A stretch of 62,706 bases of DNA, filler included, from Hausera hauseri (lineage: Eukaryota): the NCBI GenBank assembly GCA_046269625.1. It is 12 parts of 12 records of this genome, joined end to end, with 100 filler letters (N's around TTAATTAATTAA, not from the genome) between each part and the next. Parts side by side here need not be neighbours in the genome. Positions count along the whole stretch, not along the records: positions 52,951 to 57,175 come from JBJURY010690216.1; positions 57,276 to 62,706 come from JBJURY010256848.1; 10 more parts are not named here. One strand, written 5' to 3'. Positions within the stretch are counted from its first letter, which is position 1. Each line of letters opens with the position of its first letter. Below, one piece after another: positions 52,851-62,706 of the stretch. A program made the position numbers and the translations under genes. The notes beneath the pieces are model-generated. The model did no database searches. It saw only the letters and a program-made list of their open reading frames with translations, and was not told the origin of the DNA.

Positions 52851-54619
52851 NNNNNNNNNNNNNNNNNNNNNNNNNNNNNNNNNNNNNNNNNNNNTTAATT
52901 AATTAANNNNNNNNNNNNNNNNNNNNNNNNNNNNNNNNNNNNNNNNNNNNACAAAATGAAGTTCTGATGACATATTAAATACCCTACGTTAGACGAATAC
53001 TTATAAATCGATAGAGCAATGATCACGGAATGAAAGAAACTGGATAAGAACTTAAAAACATGTTTTAGTACTACGTTCAAAGATTTTATTAGTTTTAAAT
53101 GATTAATTTTACCTGTTCCTACCATGTGCAACATAAGATACTATGATTTTGATATAATTTTATATATCTAGTATAGTAACTTACACTGCAAATGGTCGGA
53201 AGTGATTATATTACCAATTTGAAACAAACAAAATCTCTGAACGTAACCCTACGAATGGCACACACGGTATTTGAAAGGAGAAATAGTGAGAAAGATCCGT
53301 CACTATAGAAATTACAAACCAATCACCAAAAAAAGCCAAACCTCAATTAATTGCTCATTTTACTGGTGTTTTTGCACTAATGCTTTTATTTGTATAAATG
53401 CAATAAATTGTCCGTTTTTATGTTTCTAAAATGGACGTAAATTATATTTACTAGCCATTCAGGAATACTCTGTCTATATATAATGTACAATGCTATTCCG
53501 GTAAAATATAGATGAAACAATTTGTAAATGTTTATCGTCTCTAATTTAGATGTAACTAAAATGGAATGAAAATATTTTATGGGGAACGATACGTAGTGAA
53601 AGTTGGTACATGATTTAGTAGAATATGATACTGATGCCATCTGTGCACGATTTTATCCTGCTGGTATAGTTTTAATTTATCTTCCATTATTTTTCTTTTT
53701 GTTCATATGAATACTGATCAAGTATATTGTCCACACAATTGTGATAAGTTTGAGGTATGAAGAATAAAGAGTATTTAATCGAAAAGTTTGGGTTCTGAAA
53801 CCTCAAACCTATACTTTATTACTTTGGTACGAATAGCTCAAGGTATCGCTTCCTTGAGCCCAGTTATTTTATTTAGTCTTAAAAGCCGCCTGTGGGGCCG
53901 GCCTAAAATTCAAATATATTTGTGTATGTGAATTCGATCACCAGGAGGAACACTGGTGTCGTTCCCAGATTTTAGGTGATTTTGAGGTTATACGGATTTT
54001 TATGTCCGTAAAACAATAGGGCCCCTTTTATGAAATTAATAAAAGACCTTACTATAAAAACTTTAGAAATTTGCTAGTTTATCAAAATTCACGATTATAA
54101 AGAAAAATCAATGGATTAACAATACTCTTAAAAATATAATTGAACTAAAACAAATAGTTTTTAAAAATGAAGAAAAACAAGCATGTACAAAAAAAATACT
54201 TACAAGAATAATAGCTTACGTGCATCATCAGTCATAAAAATTTTGTGTTTGTGTTCCAATACTGTGGGTTTATATACCCTTTTGGAGATAGACGATCAAA
54301 TTATTATTATTCCAAACAAATATCCTGTTACATGAAAGAATTCATAGCAAATAAATGAAATAAAAGATGAAAATAAAGACAGACAATTACAGATAAAATA
54401 AATCTACAACAATTACGATCAAATAAATACGATCAGTTAAATTTGATCAGATAAATACAATCAATTAAAATTCAGTTGACATTACGAATGTTGATTAAAA
54501 TTCAGTTAGAATGATGTTCAGTATCAACAAAATCAATTTAAATTTTTTTAACATTCGTGCCAACAAATTGAAAATTTTGTTTAAATTATTGCTTATTTCT
54601 TAAACATTACAATTTACCA

Positions 54620-55180
54620 ATGCTCATCTACAAAGATCTGATTTCAGGTTTGTTTAATTCATAAGTCTATGAAATATTTAAACTCATCTTTACAGGAGAT
54701 GAATTGTGCTCTGATTCATACCCAAGAAAACTCGTCGATGATATTGTCTACGAATTCGACGGTAAACGTATCTCCGTTTCCAATGGCATTTCCGATGCTG
54801 CCATTGGTGGTAATGCATCAGCTGAAGGTGAAGATGATGAGGAAGTTGCCGATGCCGCTGAAACACACATCAACATTGTCTACTCTCACAAGTTGACCGA
54901 AATGTCATTCGACAAAAAGAGCTACACCAAATATATCAAAGATTACATGAAGACCTTGTTGGAAAAACTGAAGGCCACCAATCCGGAACGGGCTGAATTA
55001 TTCAAGGAAAAGGCTCAGAAATATGTTGTCCGTATTCTGAAGAATTTTGATGAATACCAATTCTACGTTGGTGAATCAATGAACCCGGAAGGCATGGTCG
55101 TTCTCTGCAATTACCGAGAAGATCAAGTTACTCCATATTTCGCCATGTTTAAGGATGGTCTTGAGGAAGAAAAATACTGA
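54620..55180 (+). CDS. TCTP: Translationally controlled tumour protein; exons 54620-54647 and 54696-55180 (170 aa)
   Basis: MLIYKDLISG|DELCSDSY..IGGNASAEG..FDKKSYTKYIKDYMK..FYVGESMNPEGMV..FKDGLEEEKY; 48-nt GT-AG intron after the 28-nt first exon; AATAAA at 55181. Confidence 0.97.
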
Positions 55181-55929
55181 AATAAATTTTATTCTATTTC
55201 ATATTTCTTTGTTTTGTAACGATTATCAGATAATATTTCAAATATCACGTAGTTCTAAGACGACATAATGCAATAACTAATAATATGTATTACCGTCTGT
55301 TTCATTGATAACATAATACCATGAAAATTCAAATTGATTCAATCGATAATTAATTTGATGACTAAGCTACTTTGATAAAGTTAAATTTTCAAGTTGCTTA
55401 AATGTCTACTGCTTTACTTGTTTCAGGAAATTTTTCGTTATTGGAGGGGGGGTATATGTCAGTGATAGTTAAATATTACACGAAAGCATTTTGACTAATA
55501 TGCCAATGAGACATTGCTTAGCTGTATTTGCATTAATAAGCGATTGTTTAAGATTTAATAGGTTCCATAAATTTTGAAAACGTGGTTCGGACAATTATAA
55601 AACCAGTGAAGTATATTTTTATGAAATCATCAAAATCGGTGTAGACAATTCAATCCTTTCAAATTATTTTTGGACTTTTCGAAACAAAAGAATACAGTTA
55701 ATTAAAAATCATTTATTATGTGTTGCATATATAATATTTAATTTGTGTAAAAGTAATCCAAATTCATTTATTTTTGCATTATTTAGATTGTTACATATTG
55801 TTTCATTATGACGAAGCCATTAAGTTCATTTGTGAAAGGACAAATTTGTTTACTTCGGGAATAAGGTCATTCATTACGCGAAATTGCTGCAGAATTCAAT
55901 ATAAATGACAATAGAGAGGAATCACATCA

Positions 55930-56000
55930 AATGTTGTTGAGTTTCTCCCAAAATCGTCTGATTTAAACCCTATTTAAAACTTGTGGCATCTGGATCAACA
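55930..56000 (+). mobile_element. Tc1 transposase remnant
   Basis: PKSSDLNPI*NLW matches the Tc1 SPDLNPIENLW motif. Confidence 0.6.
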
Positions 56001-57767
56001 ACAAATGTCCCAAATGACTTATTTTGTTACAGATATCTTGTAACAGACGCCAGTCAGGAGTTTCCTAAGGGGAGCGCATAATGATACCATGCGAATACCG
56101 CATTCTTCAAAAATGTGTAAATTTTCTTAGGAAAATTTTTTTGTGAGAACCAGTGGGACCACATTGGGTAACTGAGCGTCTTTACGCACTTGCACTCCTT
56201 GACCAACTGCTACTGGTATGATGTGCTGCTAATAATCTCCTTATTCCCCTATCTATTTCGTGTTTTGCTTAAGATTACTGCTTCCGCCAGACCCTGTAAG
56301 TGATGTGAAAGGAAAAAGGAATTATTAAAAATTTAAGGCAAAATCCCTTTTTTATAATTGTTCAGTAAAGTTTTACTATCAATAATTTTGCCCACAGGAG
56401 GGGCAAATGCCCCGAATGCTCACCCCTTGTCTGCACCACTGCCTCATAAAATAAATACTAATTTGAGCAATTGATATTAAGTGTATAAAATGAACACTAA
56501 AATTTTATATAAGATTTCTATAATTACTCTTCGACAGTGATTAACACCAAGTAACGATTGACGTTTCGCTTGATAGCGAGTGTAAAATACCGTATACATC
56601 GCTCGGTTAAATTCAAGTGTAGGTTTATGTGAAAAAGCAAAAATTGTTAACTTATTCTGGTCTATAAATACCCTTGGAATTTGTCATCCTTTTTCCCCTT
56701 AACAAATTAGTTCATGTCAATTTACTGGATGGAGTGGTTATACCTACATTTGGTAGACTTATCCATTAGGTCTCACTATGTCTGAACATAGGTTATTCTA
56801 GTCTTGCTTTGCAATCTTCTAGGATTGTTGGTTGAGTCAAATTCGACAAAAGAACTCCAGTAAGTAGCATTGCCAACCTTGGATTATTTTGGTATAAAAC
56901 CAAAGGTTCTTGAATACATCCCTTTTCTTCTGCATTGATCGGAACATTTATTATTTCTTATTCCTAAGTTATCGAAACAATTTAGGCCAACTTACTTCTA
57001 GAAACAGCTTCCTAGCGGCTTTTCAAGTCACGTTAGTGGCTTTATTATGTTCGTTTTCTCGCATTGGGTTTGTTTTAATAGCCAAGTGTGGTTAGTAGGT
57101 AGAAGTGAGCTGTCCACCGCACTTCTCTAATTGGTCCACCGACCAGTTTTCTCCACCGTATTGGCTGCTCTGAACNNNNNNNNNNNNNNNNNNNNNNNNN
57201 NNNNNNNNNNNNNNNNNNNTTAATTAATTAANNNNNNNNNNNNNNNNNNNNNNNNNNNNNNNNNNNNNNNNNNNNATACTACATTTTTGGGACATACTAT
57301 GAAATTTAAATTTCATTTTTTGCCGAGGGCATTACTTGTCAAACACCCTCTATTTTGCGATTTTCAGTTGAAATATTCTACATTTATGTTGTACGATGAA
57401 AATTAAATAGACATATATAGTTGTTTTATATTTCTGTAATCAACATCGATTATAATATGAATGTTCTTATGGAGGCAGTTTTATGATAGAAAAATAAGTT
57501 TGTNNNNNNNNNNATTATTTAAATTACGACAAATGTAGTTATGGCGATTCCTTGTATTTTCCATATAAACTATATACTTAAGTTGTATATATACTTCCTT
57601 ATACATTTTGTAAGGTATTGTATATTTGGAGATATTTGAATAACTATTGATCAATAAAATTCTTATATTAATTTTACGTTTGAGACAGATTCGTTTGTTC
57701 GTATTTTCAAACAGCTGTTCGAACCAATAATCTATCGTAACCGAAAATTATTTCAAACAGTGTAGCC

Positions 57768-58943
57768 TACAACATCGATAAGTTTCCTCGTTTACTAAGT
57801 AGATGTCTCTACAAAGTGTAAACAAGCACATTTTCGAAAAATACAATCTTTTTAGGAATCTACGGGAAATCTCGAGTAAATCGATTAAATCAATAGAGAT
57901 CTATGTTTTTTTAAGTCAATAACTTCCGCCATTTTATAGATTTGGATAAAATTCAAATCCGTTCAGCAATCCATTATCTTTATCTGAAGGGATTGCCAGC
58001 CGCAGAAATTAAAATGGGCATGGGTGAAACATTGCATGAATCTGCTCCATCAGATTATACTGTTCGTTTCTGGGTTAATGAGGTTAAACGTGGCCGAACG
58101 AGCGTTTTTGATGAAGATCTAAGTGGACGCCAAAATGAAGTAACTACACCAGAAAGAATCGAAAAAAAAACATGATATTGTTTTAAAGATTGCAAAATAA
58201 AGCTCAGAGAGATAGATGGTATTACAGGAATCTCATTTGACAGAATTTGAAATATATTACATGAACATTTGCATATGAAAGGCATGTTTACTGATAAATG
58301 CCGCGCGTGCTCACAGTCGATCAAAAACGCGAACGAGTAACAACTTCAGAGGCATGTTTGAAAATGTTGAATCACAACAATAAAGATTTTTTGCGTCGAT
58401 TAATAACTGTTGATTAAACGTGGATTCGGAATCCCAAAAGTAATCAGAACAGTAGGTTTCCTTCCTCCTACCTTGAGAAAGGAAAAACGAGAAATAGTGA
58501 GTATTACTGTGTATTACAAGAAAAGGTGGATGCCGTGATCAAGATGAAACAAGCACATTTGGAGAAAAAAATTCGTTTTCTGCAGGATAATGCATCCGTG
58601 CGCAAGTCGGTCAACAACATGACTAAAATACATCAGCTACAGTTCGAACTTCTTCTACAAGCCCCCTATTCACCCGATCTAACCATTAGCAACTACTTCC
58701 TGTTACCAGCATTCAAAAGATGGTTGTAGGGAAAGAGATTTTCCTCAAACAGTGACGTCATCTCCGAGACAAAGGGGTATTTTGATGAACTTGACAAAAG
58801 ACGTTTTTAAAAGGCTTAGAAATCCTAAAAAACGCTGGACTAAGTGTATAAAGCTAAAAGGAAACTACATCGAAGAATAAAAAAGAACTTACCAAAAAAC
58901 GTTTTTACTTAGCAAACGAGGAAACTTATCGATCCATGTTATA
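57768..58943 (+). mobile_element. Mariner element with TIRs and decayed transposase (57942-58880)
   Basis: TIRs ..CGATAAGTTTCCTCGTTT(A/G)CTAAGTA at 57768-57801 and 58906-58943; WVNEVKRGRTS, PRVLTVDQK, QDNA, PYSPDL, RWTKCI..GNYIE. Confidence 0.93.
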
Positions 58944-60399
58944 GCAATAAAAGCACAAGTTAATGAGAAGACTGCAGATAATTGTATAAAGTGGTTTGAA
59001 CTCTTCAGTGTGAATGTGATAATGATATGGCTTTTATATGAAACCTTGATCATCATTTGATTATGTTACCCGGCAAAAAATAAATGTCATTTCATTTGAT
59101 TTTGGTGTTCTGTTTTTGATCACATACACCAGCTGACAACAATAAGCATTGAAAATAATAACACGCACTAACTACTAATTATTTGATCTGTTCTACAATC
59201 GCTTATGGCTGGAGCTAGGCAAGAGGCAGAGTATTCGATAAAGCAGGTTAAAACATTTTCAATACACTTATTATCTGAAAAAGTAAGTCAAATTTGATTG
59301 TAAAAATAATCTCAAGTAGAAATAAAACATCTTAAAAAGAATGTTGATTTCATGAACTTTTTAATCCGAATTAAAGTATGTAAGTTATTTTACGTTCTCA
59401 TCCATAAATTTCAGAGTTCTCCATATTTTTTAAACATTGGCACTTACTATATAAATGGTTCCTCGATATGAATTTAATAAATACACAAAATTGAGGTGTT
59501 TTGATTTAGTAAGGGAAACTGTGGAATAGAGGGACACGTCATTTTTCGTCCATATCAGCAATAGTTTGACACATTCAAATAGATGTATATGTTGGTCTCG
59601 GTACGTCTTCACTTATTATTAGTAACAGATATGTCAATATACATTGTGAGCATTTCTGCATTAGCTACTTGTTAAATTATTTACAAAAGTTTTAAATACT
59701 ATTCGTATTTGCATCCATTGCACAACACATTTGAGGAATAGAAAAGATAAATATGTGAATGATTATCGTGAGTTATTGACATTATGACTTACAAAAGGAA
59801 TTTTGCACGAACACGTGTTTAGTCACTTAGGGGACGATTGTTAATTTCTTCTTTTTGACGAGAATTGTCATTAAATTTCGTCAGATTTTTTGATATTTTG
59901 ATTGGTGATTAAATATTGAAAACTGGAGCTTTTGTTGCAGTATATACAGTAAATGCAAATCAAACAAGTTCGATTTTCTTTCAAATAACGTAATTAAAAT
60001 TACAGTGCTGAAAAGTTGCATTTTTACAAAATTCAGAAACTCACGGTAAATTTTAGACTGAACGTAATTTCTAAAATAGGAACACAAAACGATTTTAAAA
60101 ATATTAAGATCCAACTGTTCATTGCGAAATAATTTTAAAAGTTTATTTACAATGTTTGCATATTAAAACAACGTATGCATATTTTTGTCTATATAAAAAG
60201 TCTATCCATTTTTGGTTGGCCAATGTTGGCATCATAACGATCATATTTAAATTTATATCTTTTGGGGAATTGCAGGACACTTATTTGGGCGAATAGTGTA
60301 TTTTAATGTATTTTTGACTTTTCTTAAGTGCTGTAAGATAAAATAAAGGAGTGTCAAGCGTGGATAAAAAGCCAATGGTGAAACTTTGGAATTGTACCA

Positions 60400-61225
60400 C
60401 GTGCTACTCATCGCTGAACAATGCCTTGATAGTGCCGTAACACCGAAGATTATGCAATCCGGATTCAAGATAGCTGGTGTTTTCCCATTCGATCCGAATG
60501 TGTTTATGAGATGTCGATTTCAATGCTTCACAGCTGGGAGGTGAAAATGAAAACGTTGAAGACGATGACAGTGACACTACGAACCAACGGCATATTTTAG
60601 TGAGTAATGCTGATATTGAAACCTCCGCTTCTGAAATGGAAAGCATATGTCGGCTTCCAGCACATCAGTGGCATCTCTTCACGCCGCGTTACAAGACGTT
60701 AGTCCACTGAAGTATGATAAACCAACGAAAAAATCAAATTGCGGCCGAAAACCAATGAGATCCGCCATTTAAATATCGCCTGAAGTTATGGTCGATTTCC
60801 ATAAGAGAGCTGAAAGCAAGCGCAAAATAATGAAATCCCAGATGAAAAAGGATTACGCAGTAGCAACGTCAACGAAGAAACGAAAAGGTCCTACAAAGCC
60901 AACAACAACCAAAAAGCGAAACGTTCCTGCAAAAGCAACATTCCAATTATAATTTTTGTCATTTAGAACCTTTCAATAAACATTTTGCATCAATTTTAGC
61001 TCGTTTCACACTATTCCCCAACATTTTTGAAAACGTCGAAAACGCATGGTTTCAAAAGACATGATAAGACTTTTAATTGTTTGGAATTTCAACAAACTAT
61101 TATAGCCAAAGTTTATCAGTTTCCACGTACTATGACATCTACTTCTAATTTTGAAAAAATATCGATTTTTAAGCCAGTTTTACACCAAGGAAAAAGGGTG
61201 TCCCACTATTCCCCACTTTCCCCTA
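60400..61225 (+). mobile_element. 3' remnant of a pogo/Tigger-type (DDE_1) DNA transposon
   Basis: AVTPKIMQSGFKIAGVFPFDPNVF motif, basic tail, TIR-like end CCCCACTTTCCCCTA at about 61211-61225. Confidence 0.65.
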
Positions 61226-62706
61226 CAATTATACTGGAAATTGCTTTCGTGGGAAACAGTCGAGGTTGTTTTCGACTGTTCATTTTGACAGTGAGGAAAC
61301 TGAATGGTTTTAGTCTTTTAGTCGCTGTAGTATACAACCGTCAGTAATTAATATTTTGTATTATGACTACTGTAGTTTTGTTGTATAAAACCAAACGCAT
61401 TACTTGCAACTGACATAAATTTTTTCCCACTTCACTTCTGATATTAGAAAATAAGTTGTACACTACATTTTTGATATTTGAGAGCAAATTTGGCTGGTAA
61501 TCGAACACTGTATTCTTGGTATTCGTTCTAATTTTGAAAAAAAAATCTTAAAAAAGGAAATTGAAAGTAGTGGACCCAAAGACAACAATGCGCCATAAAG
61601 TGTGTTATTTGGTTTTGTTTCTTTATTAGTAATTGTCATCAGGGCCGTTATTGGGAATAGGCAAATGAGGCAACTGTCCAGGGTCCCGCGTTTTAAATAG
61701 CAGTTGAGGGCCCCGCGCTTCAGAGCAATTTGTGAGGTAAAAGCATGTGAAATAATATCATTATTGTGTCGTGTGCTCTCTGGGGACGCGGTCACTTAAA
61801 AGTTAACAAGATTGATAAAAAAGAACAGTGTTTATTTATTGTTCTAAAAACTTTACACTTGTTTATATTTGAATGAACCATATTCCTCTGTCTAGGACTC
61901 CGCGGAGGCTAAGAACGGACCTGATTGTCATTGGTTTGCTTGTTGTAAATCCTTTTGGACCCTAAATTGTTTGAATAACAAGTAAGATTATAGGCGTAAT
62001 TTGTTATTGGCCGTCCTATGGACAACTATAACCTATTACTTATGATTGTTAAGTAAATTTAATTGCTTGATAAAATTTTTGATTGAAATTATTCGGGCCA
62101 TTATTATTTTATTATTACTTTCGTTGAGTTTGTTGTAAATCTCATCCGGCATAATTATGGTCTAAATATGTTTTGTGATTAATTTTGAATTCTGATAGAG
62201 ATCTTAATAAGTTCGAAATATTAATTTAATAAGCTTTGTAACCATACTGTTCTCAAAAATATAAATAGTTATGTTCGCACTTTGGTAAATAAGATCAGCT
62301 AAATAGTAATGATAATTTATAGAAAACCAATATTGATGTAATAATTGTATGGATTTTATTATATCAATTACATTAGATACTATCAAAATAAGAAATATTT
62401 TAGCTGGATACTTTGTAAAACTTAGGCTAAATAATTATAGACAATGTTCCCGAATTATTTTTGAAGACATATACGTACTTATACATTATATCCCCCATAT
62501 AAACTAAGATATCGAACGAGTAATATGTACGCATATTGTCATTATGGTAGCACACCAAATTATTCCGATTTTGTACATCAAATCCATTATTATCTCAATG
62601 AATACTATTTCGTTCATCGAGAATTTCGGCTAAAGGATGAGATATTACGAATGCAGGATTTTCTCGAATGATCAAATTACACTTGAATATATCAAGGTCT
62701 CCAAAT

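Noticed and set aside
54669-54896. 75-aa ORF overlapping TCTP
   Set aside because: Starts inside the intron in an alternative frame; explained by TCTP
56540-57100. Possible Penelope remnant with hammerhead-like CGAAAC (similar hint at 15300-15520)
   Set aside because: No intact CUGANGA core or recognisable RT/GIY-YIG motif
7921-57275. Regularly recurring TTAATTAATTAA as a biological repeat or CRISPR-like array
   Set aside because: Always centred in exactly 100 bp of N padding; an assembly linker. ORFs ending ..XXXLIN are artefacts
61639-61720. CAGGGCCG..GGGCCCCGCG end resembling a hAT-type MITE (similar at 56044-56441)
   Set aside because: Matching opposite end and 8-bp TSD not established

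Overview
This is not one contiguous locus. It is 12 small contigs (about 4-8 kb each) from a repeat-rich, AT-rich invertebrate (metazoan) genome, joined by artificial 100-bp N44-TTAATTAATTAA-N44 linkers, so adjacency across linkers carries no biological meaning. Almost all of it is decayed mobile DNA. There are five copies or fragments of a CsRn1-type Ty3/Gypsy family (tandem CHCC zinc fingers, A-AAA-AAC gag-pol frameshift) and four other Ty3/Gypsy-type elements. Also present are a Polinton/Maverick pPolB gene split by an internal inversion, hAT, mariner, Tc1 and pogo remnants, and a tandem TRIM-like element. Intact genes are limited to a two-exon TCTP gene and an intronless TRAF-type MATH gene beside a 715-bp foldback. 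The most unusual signals are the extra modules carried by the retroelements: (1) a ubiquitin-like domain ending in LxGG in front of Gag in three diverged copies; (2) a decayed polyprotein of about 1,650 codons running Gag zinc knuckle, long helical region, chuvirus-like glycoprotein, with no pol in between; (3) an integrase continuing into a signal peptide/FN3/transmembrane protein; (4) a cryptic RING finger just upstream of a PPT; (5) a tandem TRIM sharing its PPT/LTR-start junction with the CsRn1-like family. All domain calls are by-eye motif recognition and need profile or structure searches.
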